Assembly (NCBI GenBank): GCA_017134395.1
Contig: CP070993.1
Coordinates: 526,199-590,198, forward strand
From: Candidatus Kaiserbacteria bacterium
GTDB taxonomy: Bacteria; Patescibacteriota; Minisyncoccia; Phycocordibacterales; UBA2100
DNA length: 64,000 bases
Direction: 5' to 3'
A program made the translations under genes and the position numbers. This document shows positions 27,202-37,494 of this stretch, piece after piece. Each line of letters opens with the position of its first letter. Position 1 is the stretch's first letter. The notes beneath the pieces are model-generated. The model was not told where the DNA came from and searched no databases. It was given only the letters and a program-made list of their open reading frames with translations.

Positions 27202-27798
27202 ATGAAATATTACGCATCACAGCGCGGATTTACTTTATTAGAAGCAGTTGTATTACTGGGCGTGTTTGTTTTGATTGTCGGCGCTATTGTTTCTTCACTA
27301 CGGTATGTCTATCGAGGTCAGCGGTTTGCTTTTGAACAAGCTGATGCGACGCGTTCAGCTCGAACTGGTATTGAACGCGCGGTGCAAGATTTACGCGAAG
27401 CATCAGATGCAGACAATGGCGCGTATCCTATTGTATCGATGGCAACAAGCAGCGTTTCTTTCTATAGTGACTACGACAATGACAATAAAATTGAACAGAT
27501 TCGGTATTTTATAGATGGGACAGATTTCAAAAAAGGAATTATAGAATCTAGTGGAGACCCTCCTGTGTACAATGGGGGAAGTGAGGTGGTGACAACTATT
27601 GCAACTGAGGTTCGTAATAATGTAATCGGTACACCTATGTTTACTTACTATGATAAGAGTGGGGTATTTATGAATGACTATACTGATATCGACCAACTGG
27701 CTTTTGTGACGCTACGACTTGTTGTTAATCTGCACCCAGAACGCGCGCCTGATGATTTTGAGCTCAGAAGTAGCGCCGCACTCCGTAACATTAGATAA
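27202..27798 (+). CDS. Minor pilin, PilW-like
   Basis: QRG^FTLLE N-methylation site. Confidence 0.88.
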   Translation: MKYYASQRGFTLLEAVVLLGVFVLIVGAIVSSLRYVYRGQRFAFEQADATRSARTGIERAVQDLREASDADNGAYPIVSMATSSVSFYSDYDNDNKIEQIRYFIDGTDFKKGIIESSGDPPVYNGGSEVVTTIATEVRNNVIGTPMFTYYDKSGVFMNDYTDIDQLAFVTLRLVVNLHPERAPDDFELRSSAALRNIR

Positions 27799-27799
27799 T

Positions 27800-29218
27800 A
27801 TGAAACATTCTTCACAAAAGGGAATCGTAATTATTTTAGTGCTGGTGTTTGCAGCAGTATTTGGATTGTCAGTTTCTGCTCTCACAAGTTTTATATTTAG
27901 CCAGGCGCAATTAGGGGCTGGAAAAGAAGTGCGCGAACAGGCGCTGAATATAGCCGAAGCAGGTCTTGAATACTATCATTGGTTCCTTACTCACAACCCT
28001 GGAGATACCCAAGACGGAACTGGAGGCCTCGGGCCGTATGTACACACCTATTCTGATCCAGAAACCGGTGAAATAGGTTCGTTTAGTTTAGATATTGTTG
28101 GAAATGAGTCTTGTGGAATACTGCAGTCAATAGACGTCACATCAACTGGCACCGTGAATTCCGACCCCAAATTTACTCGAACTGTTTTTGGGAGACATGC
28201 TGCTCCTTCTGTTGCTGAATACTCGTACATTATCGGGGACGACGTATGGGCTGGTGCTGATCGTGAAATTACCGGACCCTATCATTCAAATGGAGGCATA
28301 CGGATGGATGGGACCAACAACTCAGTGGTAACGAGTGCTGTCTCAACGTGGTCTCAGAGTTTCAACTGCAACGGTGGGAGTGCATCCCCGGGCGTGTGTG
28401 GTGACGGGCCAAATTCTACGCTCTGGCGATACCCTGCTTCTGAGTTGAGCTTTAGTGATATAGAGGCTAATTTCTCGAGTATAAAAACAGCAGCAATTGC
28501 GGATGGTATTTATCTTGCGCCATACGGCTCAACTGAAACCTACATCTTTAATCCTTACGGAGGTCCAACAGACACTGCGGCTGATGGGTACCACTTGATT
28601 TTTAATGCAGATGGAACAGTTGATATATATCAAGTTACCAGCACGACAGGATATTGGGGGTATCTTTCGGGCATTGGGTACACAGCCGATTACCATATTA
28701 TAAGTGGAGAGTCTTTTATAGAGCGACGTACAGTACCTACAGATTGTTCAGTTATCTTTGTTGAAGATAAAGTATGGATTGAAGGAACAGTAAAAGGAAA
28801 AGTAACAGTCATAGCAGCAGATTTGGTGAATTCTGGATATGATCCAGATGTAATTATCTCTGGTGATATTGATTACTCTGTACAAGATGGTTCAGATGGC
28901 CTTACTGTCATCAGTGAATTTGGTATCTACCTACCGAGAGACTCCGCTGATACACTTTCAATACACGGTATTTTTGTCGCACAAGGAGATAGATTTGGTC
29001 GACCATATTATAGCGGTAGTTTAAAGACGCAATTAACAATAAAAGGATCTATTGTGTCGAGTCAACGAGTAGGAACTTCTTGGTCATCAGGATCTACTAT
29101 TATTTCAGGTTACCAGAATCGGGATAGCATATATGATCGACTACAGACAACAAACCCGCCTCCATTTACGCCATCGAGGACGCTCATTCCTGAATATATT
29201 CTTTGGCAAGAACTGTAG
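27800..29218 (+). CDS. PilX-like minor pilin with large beta-rich C-terminal domain
   Basis: QKG^IVIILVL without Glu5, ALNIAEAGLE, C-terminal NPPPF...WQEL. Confidence 0.8.
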   Translation: MKHSSQKGIVIILVLVFAAVFGLSVSALTSFIFSQAQLGAGKEVREQALNIAEAGLEYYHWFLTHNPGDTQDGTGGLGPYVHTYSDPETGEIGSFSLDIVGNESCGILQSIDVTSTGTVNSDPKFTRTVFGRHAAPSVAEYSYIIGDDVWAGADREITGPYHSNGGIRMDGTNNSVVTSAVSTWSQSFNCNGGSASPGVCGDGPNSTLWRYPASELSFSDIEANFSSIKTAAIADGIYLAPYGSTETYIFNPYGGPTDTAADGYHLIFNADGTVDIYQVTSTTGYWGYLSGIGYTADYHIISGESFIERRTVPTDCSVIFVEDKVWIEGTVKGKVTVIAADLVNSGYDPDVIISGDIDYSVQDGSDGLTVISEFGIYLPRDSADTLSIHGIFVAQGDRFGRPYYSGSLKTQLTIKGSIVSSQRVGTSWSSGSTIISGYQNRDSIYDRLQTTNPPPFTPSRTLIPEYILWQEL

Positions 29219-29236
29219 CGTGGTACAATCATTTCT

Positions 29237-29989
29237 ATGAAATCGGTGATTTGTAATTGGAAAATGAATCCTGCAACTTTTGCTGAGGCGAAGAAACTCT
29301 TTGATGCAACGAAAACACTTGCAGCTTCTGTAAAGAAAGTAGATATCGTTGTCGCCCCACCTGTTGTTTTCTTACGAGAGCTTGCAAAAGGGTACAGAGG
29401 CACTCGTGTGGAATTTGGAGCACAGAATATTTCAACCGAAAGTGAAGGGTCGCATACTGGTGAAACCGCTGCTGCACAAGTACGAGATGCTGGGGCAACG
29501 CATGTGATTATAGGTCATGCAGAGCGCCGTGCACTGGGCGAGACTGATGAACAAGTTGGCAAAAAAGTACTCACGGCACTTGAAAATAAAATGGATGCCA
29601 TAATTGCAGTCGGCGAAAGTGAACGCGACATACATGGGGAGTACGTACAGGTAGTTCGGAATCAAATCGTCACTGCACTACGAGAAATTCCTGCAGCGAG
29701 ATTTAAAAATGTAACCATAGCATATGAACCTATATGGGCAATTGGGGCGCCAACTGCACCTGACGCAAACGAAGTGCATCAAATGATGTTATTAGTTCGA
29801 AAGACGGTACGCGATGCGTTTGGAGATAAAGCACTTAAAGCAGTACGTGTTGTGTACGGAGGGGCGGTAAATGAAGATAATGCTGAGGGCATATTACGTG
29901 TTCCAGATCTCGACGGTGTATTAGTGGGTCGGGCAAGCCTTGATCCAGCACGGTTGAAAGTTATAGTACAAGCGGCACAAAGCGCATGA
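29237..29989 (+). CDS. tpiA: Triosephosphate isomerase
   Basis: NWKMN, GHAERR, AYEPIWAIG, YGGAV. Confidence 0.97.
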   Translation: MKSVICNWKMNPATFAEAKKLFDATKTLAASVKKVDIVVAPPVVFLRELAKGYRGTRVEFGAQNISTESEGSHTGETAAAQVRDAGATHVIIGHAERRALGETDEQVGKKVLTALENKMDAIIAVGESERDIHGEYVQVVRNQIVTALREIPAARFKNVTIAYEPIWAIGAPTAPDANEVHQMMLLVRKTVRDAFGDKALKAVRVVYGGAVNEDNAEGILRVPDLDGVLVGRASLDPARLKVIVQAAQSA

Positions 29990-31092
29990 ATGTAGAATGG
30001 ATAGATGAACAGAATGATTTAGCTGGCAAAGTGGTGCTAGTCCGTGCTGGGCTAAATACTCCTATAGAAAAAGGAGTGGTTCGGACTGATTTTCGAATAC
30101 GAAAAGCTATCCCGACACTACGTTTTCTTAGAGACCAGGGTGCTCGGGTAATTGTAATTGCACACATTGGGCGCGATAAAAACGAAACACTCCAGCCTGT
30201 TGCAGATGCGCTTAATGAATATTTTCCAGTAAGGTTTCAAGAAAGAAAAGATCTAGATGTTTCTACATTACAAAATGGTGACATCACGTTGCTTGAAAAC
30301 CTACGACAAGATAATCGTGAAGTAGCTGGTGATGAAACTCTCGCACAGGAACTCGCAGCGCTTGCTGATGTTTTTGTACAAGATGCATTTTCAGTGTGTC
30401 ATCGGAACCATGCGAGTATTGTTGGGATACCAAAATACATCAAAAGTTATGGTGGTTTGTTAGTGAGGGAAGAAACTGAGAAATTAGCGAGTGTTCTCCA
30501 ACCAGAACATCCTGCACTTTTCATTTTAGGAGGTGCGAAGTTTGGGACAAAAGAACCACTCATTCGGAAATTTATGGGAGTCTATGATTCTGTCTTTATC
30601 GGTGGTGCACTACAAAACGAGCTACTCGCTGCGCGCGGAATAGAGGTAGGGGCGTCGGTTATCGATGATGGTGAAGTTGCCAAAGATATTTTAGAAAATG
30701 AAAAAGTAGCTGATGTGCACGATGTTATTGTTGAGCATGTTGATGGAAGTTCTGAAACGCTTTCAATAAACCAAATAGGTAACGAAGACACGATTGTTGA
30801 TATAGGAGAGGGCACGATGCAGAATTTTGTTGCAACGTTTAATACATACAAAACTATTGTGTGGAACGGACCACTTGGCTGGTACGAAAAGGGGTACATC
30901 AGTGCGACAAAAACATGTGCACAGACACTTGCATTAAGTAGCGCAACGACAGTTGTTGGAGGTGGAGACACCATCGCACTTATTCAAAAAGAAAAGTTAG
31001 AAAATGAGTTTGACTTTGTTTCAACAGGAGGTGGGGCAATGTTGGAGTTTTTGCTCAAAGGAACGCTTCCCGGGCTTGAAGTACTGAAATAA
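29986..31092 (+). CDS. pgk: Phosphoglycerate kinase
   Basis: LLENLR, GGAK, WNGPLG, GGGDT, STGGGA. Confidence 0.96.
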   Translation: MNVEWIDEQNDLAGKVVLVRAGLNTPIEKGVVRTDFRIRKAIPTLRFLRDQGARVIVIAHIGRDKNETLQPVADALNEYFPVRFQERKDLDVSTLQNGDITLLENLRQDNREVAGDETLAQELAALADVFVQDAFSVCHRNHASIVGIPKYIKSYGGLLVREETEKLASVLQPEHPALFILGGAKFGTKEPLIRKFMGVYDSVFIGGALQNELLAARGIEVGASVIDDGEVAKDILENEKVADVHDVIVEHVDGSSETLSINQIGNEDTIVDIGEGTMQNFVATFNTYKTIVWNGPLGWYEKGYISATKTCAQTLALSSATTVVGGGDTIALIQKEKLENEFDFVSTGGGAMLEFLLKGTLPGLEVLK

Positions 31093-31102
31093 GAAACACT
31101 CT

Positions 31103-31522
31103 TTACAGAGAGTCTTTTATTTTTGCTGCGATTTTCTCGGCGATAGTGGTCAATGTTTCGCTACTTGGATTTCCCTCTTTTCCTTCGAGTAATATTTTTG
31201 AAGTGATGTCTTCGTGATCTTCTGTTGGTATAAGATGTACGTGTGTATGTGGTACGTCCCATCCTGCGATGACCAGACCCATCTTTTTTGGTTTCAGCGC
31301 ATTTTCGATTGCTCCAGCAAGAATGTGTGTAGCTTGCATGACATGCATATATACTTCGATCGGGAGTTTTTCAAAATTTGGCTCGTGTACTTTTGGTACA
31401 ACAAGTAAGTGACCTGGGCGGATTGGATGGATATCCATAAATGCCAATACGGTTTCATTTTCGTACACTTTATACGAGGGCAGTTCATCTCTAACTATTT
31501 TACAAAAAATACATTCTTCCAT
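31103..31522 (-). CDS. HIT family nucleotide hydrolase
   Basis: CIFCKI, GHLLVVPK, HTHVHLIP. Confidence 0.93.
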   Translation of the reverse strand: MEECIFCKIVRDELPSYKVYENETVLAFMDIHPIRPGHLLVVPKVHEPNFEKLPIEVYMHVMQATHILAGAIENALKPKKMGLVIAGWDVPHTHVHLIPTEDHEDITSKILLEGKEGNPSSETLTTIAEKIAAKIKDSL

Positions 31523-31544
31523 TAGTGCAGTATAATCCAAACAC
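31523..31544. promoter_or_regulatory. Overlapping bidirectional -10 boxes serving leaderless HIT and recJ
   Basis: AGTATAAT reads TATAAT (+, 8 nt before recJ ATG) and TATACT (-, 6 nt before HIT ATG). Confidence 0.6.
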
Positions 31545-33272
31545 ATGACTAAATCCAAAGCATACACAGTACGAAAAAAACCGAGCGAAACAGTACGGAA
31601 AGCACTCAAAGAATTTCCAGATTTTGTACAGGAAATTTTGGCAGCTCGGGGTATAAAAACACATAAAGCTGCACAAGATTTTTTTAATCCAAACTACGAT
31701 GAACAAGTATATGATCCATTCCTTTTGCACGACATGGATGTTGCTGTTACACGGATCATAAAAGCAATCGATAATAACGAACATATTGCTATCTACAGCG
31801 ATTTTGACGCAGACGGTATTCCCGGTGGTGCGCTGTTACACGACGTATTCAAAAAGATTGGCTACGAGCGTTTCACAAACTATATCCCACACAGAGACAC
31901 AGAAGGGTATGGTTTTCATAAGGAGGCAGTCGATACTCTCTTAAAGAAGGAAGTATCGCTTATTATAACGGTGGATGTCGGCATTACGAATGGTGAAACG
32001 GTTACGCATGCCAATACATTAGGAGTCGATGTTATTGTTACTGACCATCATATTCCTAGTAAAACACTGCCTGATGCAGTTGCTGTTGTGAACCCGCAAC
32101 GCGAAGATGAAACATACCCATTTCGGTTTTTTTGCGGGACAGGTGTGGCGTTCAAATTAACTCAGGCACTTTTTATTCGGGCGCGAGAGCAAGACAAAGA
32201 CTGGGTTAAAGATGTTCCGGAAGGGTGGGAAAAATGGTTGCTCGATTTAGTTGCTATCGCGACTGTTGGTGACATGGTTCCGCTTGTCGGTGAAAACAGA
32301 ACATTGGTGCACTACGGACTGACTGTGTTGCACAAATCACGACGACCAGGAATTACTGCACTATGTCGTAAGTTGGGTATCGGGCAGGCGTACATTACAG
32401 AAGATGACATCGGATTTTCTATTGCGCCACGAATTAATGCAGCTTCGAGAATGGGAACTCCTGAATTAGGATTTCGATTGCTTACGACTGTTGATGGTGC
32501 AGAAGCCGCAGACGTCGCGCGCGAGTTAGAATCTCTTAACAATAAACGTAAAGGAAGTGTTGCGAGTATTACGAAAGAGTTAAAGAAACGTTTTGAAGAA
32601 AATTCAGATGGAGCAGTTCTTGTTGCAGGAAATCCAAATTGGAATCCAGCATTACTTGGGCTTGCTGCTAACTCTCTTGTAGATACGTATGGAAAGACGG
32701 CGTGCTTATGGGGACGGGAAGGCACCGGAAGTATCAAAGGGTCATGTCGTGGGAACGGAAACGTAAATGTCGTAGATATGTTTAATCACGCAAGTCATAC
32801 TCTTGTACAATTTGGCGGACACGAACATGCGGGAGGTTTTTCTGTTGATGCAGACAAAGTGCACATTATGGAGGATGCTTTTAACAGTGCGTACAAGGAA
32901 CTTTCAAAAGGGGTCAAACTGTTAGTGCCAGAAGCTGATGCTGTTTTGCCGCATGCGTCATTACGCGAAACGCATAAAGTACTTTCACAATTTGCTCCGT
33001 TTGGTATGGGGAATTCCAAACCAGTATTTGTATATAAAAGTGCTCTTGTACGTTCGTTGAAACAATTTGGAAAAGAAGAGGCACATATAGAATTACATCT
33101 GGCAGCTGATGAATTTGAGAATACTGTTCGAGCGATTGCGTTCTTTAAAAACCCACAATCATTTTCACGAACCCCAGAACAAGATCGTGTCGTTGACGTT
33201 CTGTGCACTATAGAGCTCTCACGTTTTGCTGGTCGCGTAAATCTTGAGCTACGCATTGTGGATATTGTGTAA
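31545..33272 (+). CDS. recJ: ssDNA-specific exonuclease RecJ
   Basis: DFDADG, TVDVG, TDHH, PRINAASR, GSCR, FGGHEHAGG, PFGMGN. Confidence 0.96.
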   Translation: MTKSKAYTVRKKPSETVRKALKEFPDFVQEILAARGIKTHKAAQDFFNPNYDEQVYDPFLLHDMDVAVTRIIKAIDNNEHIAIYSDFDADGIPGGALLHDVFKKIGYERFTNYIPHRDTEGYGFHKEAVDTLLKKEVSLIITVDVGITNGETVTHANTLGVDVIVTDHHIPSKTLPDAVAVVNPQREDETYPFRFFCGTGVAFKLTQALFIRAREQDKDWVKDVPEGWEKWLLDLVAIATVGDMVPLVGENRTLVHYGLTVLHKSRRPGITALCRKLGIGQAYITEDDIGFSIAPRINAASRMGTPELGFRLLTTVDGAEAADVARELESLNNKRKGSVASITKELKKRFEENSDGAVLVAGNPNWNPALLGLAANSLVDTYGKTACLWGREGTGSIKGSCRGNGNVNVVDMFNHASHTLVQFGGHEHAGGFSVDADKVHIMEDAFNSAYKELSKGVKLLVPEADAVLPHASLRETHKVLSQFAPFGMGNSKPVFVYKSALVRSLKQFGKEEAHIELHLAADEFENTVRAIAFFKNPQSFSRTPEQDRVVDVLCTIELSRFAGRVNLELRIVDIV

Positions 33273-33309
33273 GTACTATCAGTACTAAGTGAGGTACTAT
33301 AATTCGTAT

Positions 33310-34311
33310 ATGAAAAGTTTTTCTAAAAAAGAAGCGTTTGTAGCTGGGTGGGAAAGTTTTAAGGAGCGTCCATTTTTTATCATTGGGTTATTTCTTATTA
33401 CTACTATCATTTCTATTATTACTGGCCTCATTGCTGACGAAGTTTCAGATGGTGTTATTGGTGCCACAGTAAATGTCGCTGACTTTGCAATACAAACCAT
33501 TATTGGAATGGGCTCAACCCTGATACTTTTGCGATTATATGACAGAGTTGAAACTGACTATACAGACTTACTAGAGCCGCTTCACTTATTTTGGAAATAT
33601 CTCGTCGCATCAATTCTTGTATTGTTAGTTGTGGCGTTTGGACTCATTCTCTTTATTGTTCCAGGTATTGTTGCCGGTGTTGCACTTTTGTTTGCATCGT
33701 ACCTTATTATTGATCGCGATCTTGGACCTGTTGAGGCAATGAAAGAAAGCCTTCGCATCACCAATGGACACCGTTGGAATATCGTACTTTTCTTATTGCT
33801 CGCATTGGGACTTAATATTCTCGGGGCACTTTTCTTTGGAGTTGGTTTGCTCGTAACCATTCCTGTTTCAGCACTTGCAATGGTGCATGTGTATCGATGG
33901 TTGCTTAACCCGCCAACTGAAATAGGAATTGAAGTTTCACTTTTGGTTAAGATCGTTACCGTTCTTTCTATTACAGTTATCTTTATTGGAACGGCCCTTT
34001 TGATTTTTGGGATTGTGGATGGGTTTCTGAACGATTCGGAGTTACGAGATACACAACGTCGTTCAGATTTGTCGCAAATTAAATTAGCATCCGAAATGTA
34101 CTTTGGTACATACAATACGTTCCCAGAATCAGTAGAAGTATTAGTGCCCGACTTTATGTCTCAAGTTCCTGTTGACCCAATCACAGGTATACCGTACGAA
34201 TATGTTCTTCGTGAAGGAGGTGCAGATTTTGAAGCATGCACTATTTTAGAAAATGATGAATCTGGAGGGATACATTGTGAATTCGGTTTAGAATTTGGAG
34301 CTAATAAATAG
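33310..34311 (+). CDS. Multi-pass membrane protein (DUF975-like) with C-terminal pilin/GspG-like domain
   Basis: LILFIVPGI...EAMKESLRITNGH membrane module; RDTQRRSDLSQI...Y...FP...VPVDP...Y.Y...C pilin-core pattern. Confidence 0.7.
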   Translation: MKSFSKKEAFVAGWESFKERPFFIIGLFLITTIISIITGLIADEVSDGVIGATVNVADFAIQTIIGMGSTLILLRLYDRVETDYTDLLEPLHLFWKYLVASILVLLVVAFGLILFIVPGIVAGVALLFASYLIIDRDLGPVEAMKESLRITNGHRWNIVLFLLLALGLNILGALFFGVGLLVTIPVSALAMVHVYRWLLNPPTEIGIEVSLLVKIVTVLSITVIFIGTALLIFGIVDGFLNDSELRDTQRRSDLSQIKLASEMYFGTYNTFPESVEVLVPDFMSQVPVDPITGIPYEYVLREGGADFEACTILENDESGGIHCEFGLEFGANK

Positions 34312-34374
34312 CACGCACTTGCGAGTGTAGTGAGACGTTCGACAGTGCAAAGAGCACTGGGTATACTTATCCGC

Positions 34375-34782
34375 ATGGATAAAATCATTTGCTATACAGA
34401 CGGTGCTTCACGCGGAAACCCAGGACTGGCTTCAGCAGGGGCCGTTATTTTCCAGGGAGAGAAAGTAGTAGCAGAGATTCGTTCACCTCTTGGTGTGCGG
34501 ACAAATAACTGGGCTGAGTACGAGGCGGTGGTACAAGTATTACAGAAAATTAAAGACTTAGACCTTTCAGACAGAAGTATAGAAATACGAATGGATAGTA
34601 AACTTGTTGCCGAACAACTCTCAGGTAATTGGAAGATTAAGAAAGATACGCTCCGTGAGCAATACAACAAAATTCAAGATATTTTACAGAGCGGATTTGG
34701 CGACGTTGCATACACTCATGTTCGACGAGAAAAAAACACCTACGCAGACAGATTGGCAAACGAAGCGCTAGATGCGCAGTAA
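34375..34782 (+). CDS. rnhA: Ribonuclease HI
   Basis: TDGASRGNPG, TNNWAEYEA, DSKLV, NTYADRLAN. Confidence 0.95.
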   Translation: MDKIICYTDGASRGNPGLASAGAVIFQGEKVVAEIRSPLGVRTNNWAEYEAVVQVLQKIKDLDLSDRSIEIRMDSKLVAEQLSGNWKIKKDTLREQYNKIQDILQSGFGDVAYTHVRREKNTYADRLANEALDAQ

Positions 34783-34784
34783 GT

Positions 34785-36224
34785 ATGCATCGATTTCTCC
34801 CCGTACTCTTCGGGGCGTTTGCCTTAGGAATTGCAGTCAGATCATTTTATGAATTTGGATTGACTTTCGTAGGGCTCTTTGTTTTGAGTGCTCTTAGCCT
34901 ATTGTTTGTTTCACGGCGCAGACTCTTCGTGGTATGTGCAATAGCCCTTTTGTTCTTTGCGCTTGGTGTTGGACGTATGCACGTTGCGGTACCGGTTACG
35001 ATTACGAACATAGAGGTACACACAGAAGACATTGTTGTATTTGAAGGAGTGGTTATAAAAGAACCAGATATTCGAGATACCTACACCAATATAGTTGTCG
35101 CACGCACTGATACAAAACAAAAAGTACTTGTACGGATAACTCCATTTGAAGAGGTTCACTACAAAGACGAAGTCGCGATACGAGGAATCCTTGAAGCACC
35201 TGAAAATTTTGAGGGCGAAGGAGGCAGGATTTTTAATTACAGAGCGTATTTAGCAAAGGATGCTATTTACAGCATCGCTCCGTTTCCTGAATTTGAAGTA
35301 CTTACGAGTAATTCAACACCAACAGGTTTACTTCTCACGCTCAAAGGGGCGTACTTAGCATCTCTCAAGAGTGTTCTTCCCGAGCCTTCAGCGGCACTCG
35401 CTGGTGGAATTACTGTAGGTGAGAGGCGTTCATTAGGCGATGAGCTCACGCAAGATTTTCGCGATACGGGGCTCATACATATTGTAGTGCTCTCTGGTTA
35501 CAATATTGCCATTGTGGTGCTGTTCATTGTAGCGATGCTTTCGTTTCTACCGCCCAAGCCGAGACATCTCGTTGCTATAGGTGGTATTTTTGTATTTACT
35601 ATCCTCGTCGGTGCTTCAGCGACTGTCGTGCGTGCCGCAATAATGGGAAGCATCGCGTCGTTGGGGGTTGTCGCGGGTCGTACCTATGCGGCACTCTACA
35701 CGCTCGTGCTTGCCGGATTTGCTATGCTGCTGTGGAATCCGTATCTATTAATATATGACCCATCATTTCAGCTCAGTTTCGTAGCAACTGCTGGGCTGTT
35801 ACTTGGAGTTCCGATACTTTTACCGTATCTCCATTTCGTACCCGAAAACTATGCATTGAAGGACATTTTTGCAGCTACCATTGCAACGCAAATCGCCGTA
35901 CTTCCGTTACTGGTGTACATGATAGGGGATGTTTCATTGGTAGCAGTACTCGTTAATCTTCTCGTACTTCCTACAATACCGTTGGCGATGCTCTTTGTGT
36001 TTTTAACTGGTGTAGTAGGAATGGTATACCAACCATTTGCACTTTTGTTTGGGTTTATCGCCCATGCGTTCTTATCGTATGTCATTTTACTCGTAGAGTT
36101 TTTTGCTGACGTTCCATTTGCGGTTGTTAGTCTGCCGACTTTTTCTTTTGTATTTGTGCTTGCTGCATACGGGCTACTGACTGCACTCGTGTGGTATATA
36201 CAAAGAAAAAACGACCCAGCATAG
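34785..36224 (+). CDS. comEC: ComEC/Rec2 competence protein, channel part (DUF4131 + Competence domain)
   Basis: GLIHIVVLSGYNI, VVRAAIM, SFQLSF, NLLVLP. Confidence 0.93.
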   Translation: MHRFLPVLFGAFALGIAVRSFYEFGLTFVGLFVLSALSLLFVSRRRLFVVCAIALLFFALGVGRMHVAVPVTITNIEVHTEDIVVFEGVVIKEPDIRDTYTNIVVARTDTKQKVLVRITPFEEVHYKDEVAIRGILEAPENFEGEGGRIFNYRAYLAKDAIYSIAPFPEFEVLTSNSTPTGLLLTLKGAYLASLKSVLPEPSAALAGGITVGERRSLGDELTQDFRDTGLIHIVVLSGYNIAIVVLFIVAMLSFLPPKPRHLVAIGGIFVFTILVGASATVVRAAIMGSIASLGVVAGRTYAALYTLVLAGFAMLLWNPYLLIYDPSFQLSFVATAGLLLGVPILLPYLHFVPENYALKDIFAATIATQIAVLPLLVYMIGDVSLVAVLVNLLVLPTIPLAMLFVFLTGVVGMVYQPFALLFGFIAHAFLSYVILLVEFFADVPFAVVSLPTFSFVFVLAAYGLLTALVWYIQRKNDPA

Positions 36225-36299
36225 AATTAACTACACTGAGCCACTTCGTCTACCTGATACTTTTTGCACGATAAAGTTGACGCGCGTTCCTGTATTTAA

Positions 36300-36893
36300 T
36301 TATGTATTTGCAAAACGTTGTGTTGCAACATCCCAATTGAGATTTTTGAGGAACGCCTCAACATGTTGAGCCTTTTCTGCAGGTAAATAATCAATCATGT
36401 ATGCGTGTTCCCACATGTCTGCAGTAAGAAGTATATCTACGTCCGCGAGCATGCCAAGCTCGTGGTCTGCCGTCCACCATACATGAGGAGTATTACTACT
36501 TTTGTCCCACCCGAGTGTTGTCCATCCAGAACCGCGGCTCATGGCAACACTCTTAAAGTGTGTAATGAAGTCCTCCCAACTTCCGTATTTTTCGGCAACT
36601 GCTGTTTCAAGTGCAGTGCCACGGGGTTCATCTGTTTTTCCACCTACCCACTGTGAAAAGTAGAGTTCGTGCATGCGCATACCATTAAATTCGAATCCTA
36701 AACGACGACGGACTGACTCAATAGCAAATGCATATTTTTCAGAATCTTCTTTAGTAAGATCTGCTATTTGTTCTCGTAGAAGGTTGATGTGTTTCACATA
36801 CCCATTGTACAAGCCAACATGCACTTCTAATTGTTTTTCTGAGATCCCTTCCATTTCTGGGAAATTAAATGTTTGAGTTTCGTATGCGTGCAT
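36300..36893 (-). CDS. sod: Fe/Mn superoxide dismutase family
   Basis: HVGLYNGYV, FNGMRMHELYF, GSGW, DMWEHAY. Confidence 0.92.
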   Translation of the reverse strand: MHAYETQTFNFPEMEGISEKQLEVHVGLYNGYVKHINLLREQIADLTKEDSEKYAFAIESVRRRLGFEFNGMRMHELYFSQWVGGKTDEPRGTALETAVAEKYGSWEDFITHFKSVAMSRGSGWTTLGWDKSSNTPHVWWTADHELGMLADVDILLTADMWEHAYMIDYLPAEKAQHVEAFLKNLNWDVATQRFANT

Positions 36894-37020
36894 ATAAGTA
36901 TAACTAAGTGCTAATTGCACGCATCATACCACGCACTTCTTGATACACCATCATAGAACGGATGAGCGCAGTGACCTCATCCCTCGTCTTTTATTAAGTT
37001 TTTTTGTGCACACGTATATA

Positions 37021-37050
37021 TTGCAAATGTGCTGATGCATCAGTACATTT
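37021..37050 (+). promoter_or_regulatory. Promoter of the TrpR-like gene overlapped by operator-like palindrome copy 2
   Basis: TTGCAA-17nt-TACATT, ATG 6 nt later; AAATGTGCTGATGCATCAGTACATTT (37025-37050) spans the spacer. Confidence 0.75.
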
Positions 37051-37055
37051 AGTTC

Positions 37056-37493
37056 ATGGCGCTTGTATCGAAAAAAGTTTTTTCTGCAGAAACGCGAAAA
37101 CGTATTCGCCGGCAATTTATCGAGTTGTTTGCACGACAGAAAACGCGTAAAGATATAGCTACTGTTCTTGACCAACTTTTGACCGACACCGAGCGCTTGA
37201 TGCTGGCAAAACGCATTGTGCTTATACTTATGCTACAAAACAAAAGTTCGTACTACGAGATACGTGAAGCACTTGGCGTCAGTACCGACACGTCTGCACG
37301 ATGGCATGCATTACTTGAGGAAGGCGAGCTCGATGCGATTGTTAAAACACTCAAGCAGAAAAAAGCTCGCGAACACTTGCTCGATACGGTAGAAATTATT
37401 TTGCGCAGTGGTATGCCACCTATTGCAGGAAGAAATCGGTACTCACGGACATTTCAACTTATAGCTGAAGTAAAGCAGGAGAAGCGTTGGTAA
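37056..37493 (+). CDS. TrpR-like (YerC/YecD) HTH protein
   Basis: LLTDTERLMLAKR...SYYEIREALGVSTDT family pattern. Confidence 0.85.
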   Translation: MALVSKKVFSAETRKRIRRQFIELFARQKTRKDIATVLDQLLTDTERLMLAKRIVLILMLQNKSSYYEIREALGVSTDTSARWHALLEEGELDAIVKTLKQKKAREHLLDTVEIILRSGMPPIAGRNRYSRTFQLIAEVKQEKRW

Positions 37494-37494
37494 T

